Source of the DNA: an uncultured Lachnospiraceae bacterium
Lineage (GTDB): Bacteria; Bacillota; Clostridia; Lachnospirales; Lachnospiraceae
Assembly (NCBI GenBank): GCA_910584685.1
Contig: CAJUAO010000011.1
Coordinates: 22,300 to 86,299 of the forward strand
DNA length: 64,000 nucleotides
Direction: 5' to 3'
Of the stretch, positions 1 through 11,200 are shown piece by piece. The position numbers were made by a program, and so were the translations under genes. Each line of letters begins with the position of its first letter. The stretch's first letter is position 1. The notes beneath the pieces were generated by a model that made no database searches, was not told the origin of the DNA, and saw nothing but the letters and a program-made list of their open reading frames with translations.

Positions 1-10
1 AGGAAGACAA

Positions 11-811
11 ATGCAAACAGCTTTAAAATTAACAGATGATATACCGGCATCTCAAAGTGCAGGCTCTCGTTTACAAAGATATTTGAATCAAAAATCTTTG
101 CATCCATATTTATATAAAAATGAAGATAAAAATAAATATAGTCCTATTATATGCTATAAAGGCAACACACAGATAAATGGATATAAAGCTACTGATTTAG
201 TTGATTTATGTGATGGTTTTTTAGAAGCAAGAAAAAATATAGCTTTATCATCAAGACAAAAAATCATTGCAGACCAAGCAGAAATTTTAATGCGTAGTTT
301 TGCTAAAGTAGGTATAATTTCTTTAATTGATGAAGCAACAGGTTATCAGTATGAACGTGAGGCTGATACACTTCAAAGACTTTTGAGATTATACATTAGT
401 GAAGAATTACTTCCTTGGCAAAAAACATTTCCTGATATATATTATAAGGAATTATTTCGATTAAACGGTTGGGACTTTACCGAAAAAGGTATTTCAAAAA
501 GACCAAGTGTAATTGGAACATGGACTAATAAATTAATTTATGATGAATTACCAGACGGTATAGCTGAAGAATTAAAAAAGAAAGTTCCGACTAGTAAAAG
601 TGGTAATAAACTTGCACGATACTTTCAGTTTTTAACCGATGATTATGGAAGTCCTCATTTAAAAGCACAAATTAACAAGATTATAACTATTTTCAATATG
701 TCTGATAATATGGAAGATATGTGGAAAAATTTTGAAAAAGCTAAAAGCAGGCAAATGAATTATTTAGAATCACCTTATAAATTTGATGAAAACGGACATA
801 CTGTCGAATAA
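11..811 (+). CDS. P63C-domain-like phage protein
   Basis: 266-aa ORF with AGGAAG upstream. The central LIDEATGYQYERE segment resembles the phage P63C domain as I recall it. It is convergent with the tail operon. Confidence 0.45.
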   Translation: MQTALKLTDDIPASQSAGSRLQRYLNQKSLHPYLYKNEDKNKYSPIICYKGNTQINGYKATDLVDLCDGFLEARKNIALSSRQKIIADQAEILMRSFAKVGIISLIDEATGYQYEREADTLQRLLRLYISEELLPWQKTFPDIYYKELFRLNGWDFTEKGISKRPSVIGTWTNKLIYDELPDGIAEELKKKVPTSKSGNKLARYFQFLTDDYGSPHLKAQINKIITIFNMSDNMEDMWKNFEKAKSRQMNYLESPYKFDENGHTVE

Positions 812-1043
812 GGTGAAGATTTGTCAGAGGCACCACCAATTAATATGGTGAAGTAAAAAGTTATGCCTGAAAGTAGCACACAAAGCAAAGATGATAAAGA
901 ATAACAGGATATTATGCTCTGTTTTCTTTATACCATTCTTCAGTTATATTCTTTAAATCATCAAAATGAATACAAATACTACTATAACAATTCAGTCTTC
1001 AACAAGTAATATTTATGATATTAGACATTTGCAGGTATAGATT

Positions 1044-1289
1044 TTATGAATCAAGACCAGAATTAACGTCTCTGCCGGTTATTCTTTTATAGTCTGCAAC
1101 AGTTAATATAGTGCCAAAATATTCTAATGAATTAATTGTATCTGTAAATAATTCTTTGGCTTGTCTTATTGTCAAGCCGTTTTCTTTTATAAAAAATAAT
1201 AATTCACTCTGAAGTTCGTCTTTCCTGTCGTTAGTGCAGTTTCTAAATTCTCCTTGAAATAAGTTCTGAAATAAGTTTATTTCTTTCAT
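1044..1289 (-). CDS. Hypothetical small protein (81 aa)
   Basis: ORF with GGAGG RBS 7 nt upstream of the ATG (minus strand). No recognisable motif. Confidence 0.5.
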   Translation of the reverse strand: MKEINLFQNLFQGEFRNCTNDRKDELQSELLFFIKENGLTIRQAKELFTDTINSLEYFGTILTVADYKRITGRDVNSGLDS

Positions 1290-1460
1290 TTTTTAACCTC
1301 CATATATTTGTGTAGTTTATAATCACTGTAATAAAATGTTATGTTTATAAATTTTTCTGTAAAGAAAGTTTTACCGAAGAATTATGATTTAACGGATATT
1401 CTCCTATGTAGAACTTTGTTTGTCTATGCTGCTATTTGAAACTTAAAAAATAATTTAGTG

Positions 1461-1503
1461 AATAATAATAAAACACCACCATACAAGTGGATGTACAGTG
1501 GCG
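1461..1503 (-). terminator. Putative rho-independent terminator after the lipoprotein genes
   Basis: On the minus strand, CGCCAC (1503-1498) pairs with GUGGUG (1479-1474), with one G.U pair, followed by UUUUAUUAUUAUU. Confidence 0.4.
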
Positions 1504-1519
1504 TTTTTTGTGTTTAAAT

Positions 1520-2275
1520 TCATTGTTTTAATTGAGAGTTTGGAAATTCTATAACTATAGTAAAATCATCACTAGGAATACGTTTGGTGTGAAGAAAATG
1601 CCCATTGCTAACCTTATAATCATTTTCTATATGAGAATGAGAGAATGTGATAGTTCCAGTTTCAATGCAATCATCATTAGAATTATAAATATTATATATA
1701 CAATATGGTGATATAAATTCTGTAGAAGATATATTAATATCAAATTCTATTGCACAATAACCATCATAACCAATAGAATGAAAACTATGCTCTATAGAAT
1801 TAATTGTAAATTCTATGTCATTATCAGAATATTTCTCACCCTTATTTACTCCTTTTACTGTTAAAGTAGGATTAGGATATTCTTCAATAGGTGTAGTAGT
1901 TTCAGTAGGTCTAGGTGTAGTAGTCTCAGCAGGTGTAGTTTGAACAGGTACAGGTGTAGAATTAACTGATGTTACAATAGTAGTTTGCTGAACTTCTGCC
2001 TGAGTTTGTTGCTGTTCAGTAATATTTTCGGTGTTATCTATAACTTCCTTTTCAGATTCAGAAATTAACTCAGTGGTATCTTCTTCAGTTGTAATTTCCA
2101 CAGTAGTGCTTGTAATATCACTCGATGTATCTTCCACAAAAGTAGTAATAGTAGCAGTACTCTTCCTTTCAGCCTTTAATGTATTAGTATCATCAATCTT
2201 ATTTGAACACGCAGATAGGACTATAGGTAATATAGCTGTTACGACATATATGTAAGTTTTAATATTTTTCCTCAT
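1520..2275 (-). CDS. Phage-encoded lipoprotein, paralog 1
   Basis: Signal peptide with lipobox ILSAC|S. T/E/P-rich linker, then a ~110-aa C-terminal domain. AGGAG RBS. The N-terminus is near-identical to the neighbouring ORF. Confidence 0.8.
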   Translation of the reverse strand: MRKNIKTYIYVVTAILPIVLSACSNKIDDTNTLKAERKSTATITTFVEDTSSDITSTTVEITTEEDTTELISESEKEVIDNTENITEQQQTQAEVQQTTIVTSVNSTPVPVQTTPAETTTPRPTETTTPIEEYPNPTLTVKGVNKGEKYSDNDIEFTINSIEHSFHSIGYDGYCAIEFDINISSTEFISPYCIYNIYNSNDDCIETGTITFSHSHIENDYKVSNGHFLHTKRIPSDDFTIVIEFPNSQLKQ

Positions 2276-2324
2276 ATAATAATCTCCTAATTGTTATTTA
2301 TTATAAAATAATGTTATATATGCT

Positions 2325-3116
2325 TTATTCATAATTTGAAAAAACTATAGTGTATTCATCGGGTGGTAAGTCGTTTACAAAAAAACTTGCACTAGCCGTT
2401 TTTGATGTACTTGTTTGATAATAAAAATTAACAGCCCCAGTTGTAACACAAATACTATCAGAATTATAAATGCTATATTTACAATGAACAGGTGAATAAT
2501 TTTCTAAAATTGATATTTTTACTTGAAGCTGAAGTTTTATTTTTGAAAAGTATCCATTAATAGGATAGCTTTCATCAAGAATAGCATAATTTGCGGAATC
2601 TATTGTAAATATATTCGTATAACCATTTTCATCATTGTAAATATATTTTTCACCAACTCCCTTTATTACAAAACTTGGATTTTTATATTCTTCAGGTGTA
2701 GTAGTTTCAGTAGGAATAGATGTGTCGGTAGGAATAGGTGTAGTCGTTGTAGTTGGCATAGGTGTAGTTTGAACAACTGGTTGCTCATTATTTTGAATAG
2801 GTACAGGTGTAGAATTAACTGGTATTACAGTAGTAGTTTGTTGAGTATCAGCCTGAGTTTCCTGCTGTGAAGTAATAGTATCTTGACTATTCAAAGTATC
2901 TTGTTCAGTATCATAAATCAACTCAGTCGTATCTTTCTCAATTGTAGTTTCTACAGTGGTGTTCGTAATATTGGATTTATTTTCCAACAAAGTTGCTTTA
3001 TTTTGTTTTACATCCTTTAATGTATTATTAGCATCAGTTTTATTTGAACATGCGGATAAAATTATAGGCAATATAGCTGTTATAACATATATACATGTTT
3101 TAATATCTTTCCTCAT
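2325..3116 (-). CDS. Phage-encoded lipoprotein, paralog 2
   Basis: Same MRK.IKT.IYV.TAILPI.LSACSNK leader and VNSTPVP linker as 1520-2275. The C-terminal domain is diverged, with shared KGV..GEKY...IYNS..C..TG....TIV pattern. Confidence 0.8.
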   Translation of the reverse strand: MRKDIKTCIYVITAILPIILSACSNKTDANNTLKDVKQNKATLLENKSNITNTTVETTIEKDTTELIYDTEQDTLNSQDTITSQQETQADTQQTTTVIPVNSTPVPIQNNEQPVVQTTPMPTTTTTPIPTDTSIPTETTTPEEYKNPSFVIKGVGEKYIYNDENGYTNIFTIDSANYAILDESYPINGYFSKIKLQLQVKISILENYSPVHCKYSIYNSDSICVTTGAVNFYYQTSTSKTASASFFVNDLPPDEYTIVFSNYE

Positions 3117-3213
3117 ATAATATTTCTCCTAATCATAATTAATTAATAGAAATATTATATAATATTCTGCTTATATATTCAAGATAAAGATATTATTTAT
3201 AATACATAAATTA

Positions 3214-6200
3214 TTATGCAGTATATTTATTTATAGTCTCATTTAAATATTGAATCTCTTTATCCATTGCCTGTATTTTTTTTATAAGTAATACTGTAAG
3301 TTTTGAATAGTCTATTGCCTCACAATTTCCATCTCTGTCGTGAGTAACTACATATGGATATATTTTTTCCATTTCTTCAGCTATTAAGCCATATTGATTT
3401 TTATAACCGATATTTGGCTTATAATCAAATGATACAGGTCTGATTTTAGAAAAATTATCAATAAAATCATCAGATAATGTTTTTATATTTTCCTTGTATC
3501 TTATAGATGAAGCATTGACAAATGACCTTGCACAGCAATCTCCTGTATAAGCATCCATATAGAAACAATTTTGAGAGTCAAAACCGTTTGAAGTGTGAGG
3601 TACAATATAAAATCGAGATTGCTCATCATATCGAAGATAAATTTTTCTGTCATAATTATTATGTAAAATTACATTTGAAGCATTATTGCTTGTAAGGACT
3701 TCAATATTTCCTTTACATTTAATATAATCTCCTATTGATAAATTACCTGTATTAGTAATTGAACTTGTTGTTATGTTATTAAAAACTCCATTTCCACTTG
3801 AATTAACATAATAGTTTCCATATGAACCAAATTGTATTGTTTCTTCAAACCTTATAGTACTTGTTACGCTGCTTGCAGATATATGAACAGCATAAACATT
3901 ATAAGTGAATAATGTATCAACTCCACCACTACCAACTTCCCAATATGAACTAATAAGATTTGCACCTAAATTTGTGTCATAATAGCTTGTATATATAAAC
4001 ATGGAATCATCTTTAGTTGGAACTTTTAGTCCTACATTCCATTTGACAGTTGAGGATTGGATATAGTTGCATTCAAGAGCTAAATTGTTTATATTCCATC
4101 CACCAATTTTACCTTTTTCAGCATTAATAGTACCTGATATATTAGCATTTTGTGAATATAGTTCCCCATTATTCTTTATGTAAGTTATATCATTACCCTC
4201 TTTATCCTTAACAAAAAATGCAACATTATTAGCATATTTAGAAGACTGTAACCCTATAATTCCCGCTTCTGTTTCTGTATACAAACACTGACCTAATCCA
4301 TATCCTGATGGTTTACCTATACTCCACTTACCAATAGTCCCACCAGTAGCAGTGATATTATCAGTAGAAATTGTCCCCGTAATATTTGCCCCTTTAGCAG
4401 TTAATATACCCTTCGTTATATTCGTATAAGCATCAGACGATGCATACTGCCTGATACCATTTGTCCCCAAATAAATACCGGCAGTTGTAGAAGTTAAGGA
4501 ACTTGTACCGTTATAAATCGAAGAACTTCCTATGGTAAATCCTCCAATGCTTCCGCTGGTAGCAGTAATCCTCCCCGAAACCTCCAACACATTACCCAAA
4601 GAATCATACCTAAGCCTCCCACCTGCAAAAGAAAAATCACCGCTATTCAAATCAATATGCGTCCCAGCAGGGGAAGCTCCGTCAGAAGAATAATTCCCAG
4701 AATAAACATTCCCCCCGACAATATCATTCCCCATCAAAATCCCCGACACAACAGCATCCGCAATAAGACCATACCGTGATACATTTTCCCTTAAAACAGG
4801 ATTATAAAACTCAATCCTCCCAAGAGCCGCCTTGGCAGTCTTCCAGTAATCATCAGTATAAACAAGACAGTTATTAGAAAATTTAACCTGTTCCGGCAGA
4901 TAACCACCGGAAATATCATCCCACTGTCTTCCCGTAATCCCATGCTCATCAATTACAAACTCCTGATTTATGCTGCTTGAAATATTATAAAGGGCAGCAT
5001 TTAACCCGTCATTTCTTATGGTATCAAGCTCCGTAAAGCCTTTTGCCCCCTGCTTAGCCTGATGAGCCACATAGCTGAAACTGGCAGCCATGGTTTTAAC
5101 ACTGTCCATAAGGCTTTTAGCGTCATTCAGTCCGTTATAGGTTTCAGTTACGTCAGAAAATTCCACCTCAATATTCTGTATCCGGGAAAAATCAATACAA
5201 TAATGAATTAACCTGAGCCTGTATATTTTATCATCCAGCTTAATCCTAATCCAGTTTCCACCCTCAAACATACCTGTCAGCTTCTTAAATTCAGGTATCG
5301 CCAAAAGGTTAAACATGGCTGCCGACAGGGACAACTGCAAGGTGGAAGCAGTAACGGCATCAAGCCTTGCCTTGTCAAGCAGTTCCTGCGCCTTTTCAAT
5401 TAATTCCTTGCTGTTTAAGCCGTCAGATATATAATTGCTGTTTTCAAAGGAATCCTCCCGTCTGAAAGAACACAATTCCCTCCATAATTCTTTTCCAAGG
5501 AAATTTTCAAGATTAAGGTAATCTGTTATTTCACCCTGCGCTTTTTCCAGTTCACATAACTTTTTATCAACAGCCTCAAGCTCAGATGCTCTCACCTTTA
5601 TTTCAGCCTGAATGGCAGTAAGCTTATTATAATAAGGCAGGTATAAATCATGATAAATATCTCCATAAATAGTATTATTTGCACAATTATTATCAATCAT
5701 GATGTCAATAACAGACTGATAAGCAGATTCAAAGGAATTAAGCCTGTTTAAGCAGTACTTCTTTAACTCTGCCTTAAAGACATTTAACTCCGTTTTAACG
5801 TCAAATATGTCAACTAAATAAATATCGTCCCTGTCAATTTTTTTTCTGATGCTCTGCTCAATCTGACAGGCATAGTCGTCATTAATTGTAAGGGTAACAT
5901 ACCCTGTATTTTCAGCAGTATCATTTTCATCACTGTAATTAGTCAGCCTGAACTTACCCTTCCATGTCTGGCTTACAAAGGAAGTACTGTCCTCAATAAG
6001 CTCAATTCTATATACAGTACTGTTTACAATACATTTTGCCATTCCAAGAACGGCATTATTAACCGTATAAACAGAAGCAATGCTTACATCCTGTACGGCA
6101 ACGGGATTCATGTTTGCCGCTGTTAATTTTGCCAGTTCCTTTTCAGCGTTGGTTTCAGCTGTTTCAATATCAGGCATCATGGCAGATTCCAACTGTAACT

Positions 6201-7212
6201 GCCTGTCAATGGTATCATATAATTCAGCCATGATACTTTGATAATCAGGGGTAAGCCTGTCATACTCCTTAAAATAATCCTCTAATTTTACACGCAGTTC
6301 CCCGGACATATCCTCCTTATCCCTGTCTGAAAAAGCGTATATATACTGTGTTCCTGTGGGATTACATGCGGAAATGGCAGCATTAATAATTTCATCTCCC
6401 CCTGAAACCTTAATATAGTTTTTAACCTCATCCTGTTTACTGGATAAAGAAATGCTTTCTGCCAGAGTTTCGGAATCAACGAAAATAGTAGTATCATTTC
6501 CATATCCGTAATTCAAATCCTTACTGCCGCATTCAGGACATATATCCGTATAGTCACCACGATAGCCGCAGTGGTTGCAGTTGGTTTTTAAATCATAAAC
6601 TGATATGCTCCTGTCTGTTGAATCAAACAGGAAAAGACAGCCGGTTTCCTCAGCAATTTCTCCTGTTAAGGCATCATATACGGTTGTACCGTCAATACTG
6701 AACATTCTCTGTATGCTCCACAGGGTAGCGTCCACATGCTTAATGGTGTAATTGGGAACTGCTTTAAGCAGCCTGTGAAGAAGGGATTCACTTGGATTTG
6801 AGGGCTTGTAAAATATGGTTGGATTTTTGTAATCATCTCTTGCAATATCATCTTCTGTGTTGATTTCTGTGGATTTAATATATATCTGGCTTAGCTCAGC
6901 TTCGCATAGGGAGGTTGCCGTTACCTCCTTTGAAACACCGTTTTTATCGTTTATTACAACATCAATCTGAAACCATTCGTTAAATTCCTTCAAATAAACA
7001 AGCCTTCTGTCCTTTATTTCTTCCCACAAGCGTTCCTTCTCATAATTAAGCTCCTTATAGACAGTGAAATTAATAGTATCAGCGGACATAAGGTTATAGT
7101 CGTATGTAAGATTATCAATGTTTACAATGGAGCCAAGCTTATCATAATTTCTTTTGCCGAGAATAATTTCCGGCATTTCAACGTTATTGTTTAAATCAAA
7201 CTCAAGGCGCAT
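3214..7212 (-). CDS. Tail-associated/tail fibre protein (Tal-like N-terminus, C-terminal S74 intramolecular chaperone domain)
   Basis: 1332 aa, directly after Dit. The N-terminus resembles the phage minor structural protein N-terminal region. G/S/T/N-rich repeats in the distal part. The last ~100 aa (SSIRYKENI...GLIAEEMEKIYPYVV...IDYSKLTVLLIKKIQ) match the peptidase S74 chaperone pattern. Confidence 0.85.
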   Translation of the reverse strand: MRLEFDLNNNVEMPEIILGKRNYDKLGSIVNIDNLTYDYNLMSADTINFTVYKELNYEKERLWEEIKDRRLVYLKEFNEWFQIDVVINDKNGVSKEVTATSLCEAELSQIYIKSTEINTEDDIARDDYKNPTIFYKPSNPSESLLHRLLKAVPNYTIKHVDATLWSIQRMFSIDGTTVYDALTGEIAEETGCLFLFDSTDRSISVYDLKTNCNHCGYRGDYTDICPECGSKDLNYGYGNDTTIFVDSETLAESISLSSKQDEVKNYIKVSGGDEIINAAISACNPTGTQYIYAFSDRDKEDMSGELRVKLEDYFKEYDRLTPDYQSIMAELYDTIDRQLQLESAMMPDIETAETNAEKELAKLTAANMNPVAVQDVSIASVYTVNNAVLGMAKCIVNSTVYRIELIEDSTSFVSQTWKGKFRLTNYSDENDTAENTGYVTLTINDDYACQIEQSIRKKIDRDDIYLVDIFDVKTELNVFKAELKKYCLNRLNSFESAYQSVIDIMIDNNCANNTIYGDIYHDLYLPYYNKLTAIQAEIKVRASELEAVDKKLCELEKAQGEITDYLNLENFLGKELWRELCSFRREDSFENSNYISDGLNSKELIEKAQELLDKARLDAVTASTLQLSLSAAMFNLLAIPEFKKLTGMFEGGNWIRIKLDDKIYRLRLIHYCIDFSRIQNIEVEFSDVTETYNGLNDAKSLMDSVKTMAASFSYVAHQAKQGAKGFTELDTIRNDGLNAALYNISSSINQEFVIDEHGITGRQWDDISGGYLPEQVKFSNNCLVYTDDYWKTAKAALGRIEFYNPVLRENVSRYGLIADAVVSGILMGNDIVGGNVYSGNYSSDGASPAGTHIDLNSGDFSFAGGRLRYDSLGNVLEVSGRITATSGSIGGFTIGSSSIYNGTSSLTSTTAGIYLGTNGIRQYASSDAYTNITKGILTAKGANITGTISTDNITATGGTIGKWSIGKPSGYGLGQCLYTETEAGIIGLQSSKYANNVAFFVKDKEGNDITYIKNNGELYSQNANISGTINAEKGKIGGWNINNLALECNYIQSSTVKWNVGLKVPTKDDSMFIYTSYYDTNLGANLISSYWEVGSGGVDTLFTYNVYAVHISASSVTSTIRFEETIQFGSYGNYYVNSSGNGVFNNITTSSITNTGNLSIGDYIKCKGNIEVLTSNNASNVILHNNYDRKIYLRYDEQSRFYIVPHTSNGFDSQNCFYMDAYTGDCCARSFVNASSIRYKENIKTLSDDFIDNFSKIRPVSFDYKPNIGYKNQYGLIAEEMEKIYPYVVTHDRDGNCEAIDYSKLTVLLIKKIQAMDKEIQYLNETINKYTA

Positions 7213-8031
7213 TTATCCTAATCCCACCTTTCTTACCGACTCGTATTCAATGCGTATTTCACATGGAAGGGAGGTAGTAATTATATTTAGATTGTCTTCA
7301 TATCTGTTTCCAAGCCTGAAATAGTTGTAATTAAAGTCATTGTATAATTTATGTGTTGGAACGGAAGTCTCAATAACTTTATGATTTCCGTCTATAGTTA
7401 TAACCTCATCCTTTACACAGTTCCTGATTTCTGTAGTTCTGTTTTCAATTGAATTGTGTATTGTTAAATTACCGCTTGCCAAGCACTTGCAGATAAATAC
7501 TTTTGGATATATATGACCTGTTTCATTGGACATATTAAAGATGCTAAAGTCTGAAGAAGCAGTAGTAGTAAAATCAAGGCTTACATCCTCATAACCATAA
7601 GGGCTGTCTGTTACAAAGGTTAGTTCAAGACCATATATTTCCCCGCCAATCTTTAGCTGACTGATGTTATTGAAGCTTCCCATAAAGAAAGTATCTTCAA
7701 ATCCTTTCTGATACAGCTTGAATTTATGGTATCCGTCTCTTCTTGCTAACCAGCGGAGCAAAGAGGTAAGTTCTTCAGGAGAGATAAACCTGTATTCAGG
7801 ATTATGGCAATCCATCTTGCAGATTTGAAATGCTGCGCTTAAAGGCTCGTCATAAGTAGCAGCAGACAGATAGTTTCTATCGGAAATACTTGTTTTTATA
7901 GTGTTGAAGGTCAGATTATTTCCTATAGACACGGTTTCAGAGGAATTACTGTCAAATTTACATAAAATCATTCCATAGTCTGATAGTTTTTCATTGTCAT
8001 ACAGGAAGTTTGTTGCTGTGTTTGGTATCAT
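7213..8031 (-). CDS. Distal tail protein (Dit-like)
   Basis: 272 aa, located between the tape measure gene and Tal, which is the canonical siphovirus order. Its stop abuts the Tal start. Confidence 0.65.
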   Translation of the reverse strand: MIPNTATNFLYDNEKLSDYGMILCKFDSNSSETVSIGNNLTFNTIKTSISDRNYLSAATYDEPLSAAFQICKMDCHNPEYRFISPEELTSLLRWLARRDGYHKFKLYQKGFEDTFFMGSFNNISQLKIGGEIYGLELTFVTDSPYGYEDVSLDFTTTASSDFSIFNMSNETGHIYPKVFICKCLASGNLTIHNSIENRTTEIRNCVKDEVITIDGNHKVIETSVPTHKLYNDFNYNYFRLGNRYEDNLNIITTSLPCEIRIEYESVRKVGLG

Positions 8032-8061
8032 TTTATTTCCTCACCTCTTTTCATTACTTTT

Positions 8062-8106
8062 AATATCATGGCAGAGAGTAGTTTAAATTCTCTCTGCCAT
8101 GATATT
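8062..8106 (-). repeat. Perfect 17-bp stem hairpin between tape measure and Dit genes
   Basis: AATATCATGGCAGAGAG (8062-8078) pairs with CTCTCTGCCATGATATT (8090-8106), with an 11-nt loop. No U-run follows on the coding strand. Confidence 0.7.
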
Positions 8107-8225
8107 ACTTGTTTATTCATTGCTATTATTTTTTGTATATACAATAGATATACATTAATTTCCATAATAAATATCTATAACCTCTGTACTGTTTTTTTAA
8201 GAAAATATAGAGATTATAGTTTTAT

Positions 8226-11200
8226 CTATCTTGTATGCCTGAGCTTATCCAAAGGAGTTCCTTTACCTGTTAATGCGTGGTTAATAGAAGTAAACACAGC
8301 TTTTTCAAATGTATTGTCTTTTATTAACTGATTTCTGAAACCTGAATAATCTGTTACGTTTGGAAGCTCAAGATTTACATTTATATCACCAACATTAACC
8401 TGTGAGGACTGACTGTTTGCCATACTGCCAAAATCCGGAACAGAAAAATTAAATGTCGGCTTTGGTATCGTAGCAGTAATACTCGCCGGGTCTATGTTAT
8501 ACTTCTTCATATAAGTTTCCGGATTCTGTGAAAGCTCCCACAGTCTCCTTGAGGACTCATTGTCAAACACCATATCACCGGAACTTAAAGGCGTAAGCAC
8601 TGCTCCGTCAGCGGTACGGTATATAATCTCCTCCCCGTCCTCCTGTGTCCAGTGATAACCCCTGGCTGCATTTGAAGTTCCTGACTTGTAGCCGTTTGAT
8701 TTAAGGTAATTTAACAGCTTGGTATTCTGTGAAGGGCTGCCTGTGTAAGCGCCGCCGAATATTTTACTCCAATACATGGCACGGGCAGAGAATGAGCTGT
8801 CCTTGTCATAGTATTTAAGCCTGTCTACAACACTTGTGTCTATATTTAATGAGTTTTTCGGATAGTAGTCCTTTTTGCTTATTAGTATACTGTCAAGCAA
8901 TGACTTGCCTGTTTTTGAAGTATTAGACGAAGATGATATAGAACTTGGATTAATTGGGTTTGAGTTTGATACAGGATTATTGATTGTATTTTTATTGCCG
9001 TTTCCTGTATTGGTATTTGGGGTATTAACAGCAGGATTAATTATAGGATTATAAGGATTAGTTGATGAGCCTGTGTTATGATTTCCATTGCTGTTGGCAG
9101 CAATATTTGAGCCTGCATTGGTTTTACTTTCATCTGCATTTACAAGATTTGCAACATGTGATACCAGATTATTTATAGCGGTTGTTGTTCCTGCAATAGA
9201 GGTGCTTACCCCGCCTAACCCGCTGTTAAGGGAATTTGATACATTGCTTAATCCGCCTTTTAATTCGCCTGTAAGAGATTGGGTGAAAGGACTGTCAGAG
9301 CTAAATATGGTGCTTAAGGAATCGCTGATAAATGTTCCATAGTATTCGCTTGTTTCCTTTAATGTAGTATTTATTGTATCGCCCTGTGATGATATCTGGC
9401 TTATTATCTGTGCTATCAGCTCGTCTGAATGGTCTAAACGCTCATTCATCCAATTCTCATAGTCTTCGGCTAACTGGTCAAGCATTGTTTCCGTGTCGCT
9501 TAAATACTGCTCGTATTCGCTTTCCTTTAAATCTGCCTTGGCTTCTTCAAGCTGTACACGTATCTGCTGGATTTTTGACATGGCTTCCTCGGAGGTATCG
9601 CCTTCATAAGCAAGCTTTTGCTTTTCAAGGGAGGAAATGTTGTCTGTCTTTTCAGCTATGCTCTTTTGATAGTCGTATAGGTTTTTTTCTGCATTAAGCT
9701 GTTCTTTTTTCTTGTCAATGAGCCTTTGTAATGCGTCTAACTGCGCATTGTAGCCGTCTTCTATAAGGTCTAGGATTGACTGTTTTTCATCCTCGGCGGC
9801 AAGAACGGCATCCTGATGGGCTTTAACCATTTCATTGTACTGGGCTAAAACTTCATCTCCTGCGCCGTTTATAAGCTGCTTTTGTAAGTCCTGAACTTCC
9901 TCGTAGTAATCCTGTGCCTGTTGTTTGTATACGTCATAAGCAGCGGCATGTAACGCCATGGAGGCAGTACCATAGTTGGTTATCTGTCCGTTTTCATCAA
10001 ATAGGTGTTTCTTTGACAGCAGCTCAACGTAATAATCTGTTTCTTCTGTAATACGGTTAAGGGATTCTTCTAAATACTCAAAGATTTCCCAGTTTAGGTC
10101 ACGTATGGTATTGTTGAAGTCAACGAGGTTGTTTGTCATGGAGTCAATTTCTTTATCTATGTCCATGAGGGTTGAGTACATGTCATTCCATTCGGCAGTT
10201 CCCTGCTTGTGCAGGGTGTTGTTTAGTATACTCTGTAGCTGTGTACGCTCGTTTTTAAGGGTGTCAAGATGTTTTTGAGTATACTCAATCATGCCGTTGT
10301 AGTAGCTTTCGTTGGCAAACTGTCCCTTTAATTCCAGCAGGTCGACTTTGTTTTGGATTGTCTGCAGAGCGTGCTCCAGGATGGAGGTGTCAAAGTCGAA
10401 GGCTTCCTTTAGATTGTCGAATTGGAGCTTGTCAATATTTTTTAATGCAGTTTCAGCATCTAAAATCTGACTGTCGAGGGTGTCAAGCTGTGATATAAGA
10501 TTATACCATTGTTCGGTATGCTGCTGTATATCAGAAGAATTGAGATTGTTTTGTAAAGCATTGCGTTGGGCTTGCAATTTGTTTACTATATCAGCCTGTT
10601 TGCTTCTGAGGGTATCATAGTTACCTGATGAGGAGAGAAGTGTTATCTGGTTTTCTAAAAGGTCGTATGCTGACTGCATACGGTTTATAACAGCGTCATA
10701 CTCTGATTTAATGTTGTCAAACTTTTGTGTGTTAAGCTGATTTAGCTCTGAATTTAAATCCTGCTGTGTTTTAAGACATTCCTGTGCTTTTTCATACCAG
10801 GTCTGATAATCACTGATTTTGTCTTTAATTATTTTGTCTTCAGGCGTTTCATCCAGAATAATGCCGATGTCAATGGCACCTTTTTGCACAAGTGTTTTAT
10901 ATGGTTCGGGTAATCCGACAGAGTCAGCTTTCTGCATATATCTTGTATATGCCTGTGACTGTAATTCTATGGCATCCTTTGTTTTGGATATGGCGTTTGC
11001 AAGCTCAGTATTGCGTTTTGTCCATGATGAATAGGTGTTGTTGGCTTTAGCTTTTATTGTGTCTAAGGCTTCATTTAGTCTCTTGATTTTTGTTTCTATC
11101 CAATCGTAGGTTTGGGAGGTGTCTTTGTCAGGGGATAAGGAAGAAGGGGATTTAGGAGTACCGGTATATGAAGCAAAATTTATCTTACTGCCAATAATGG

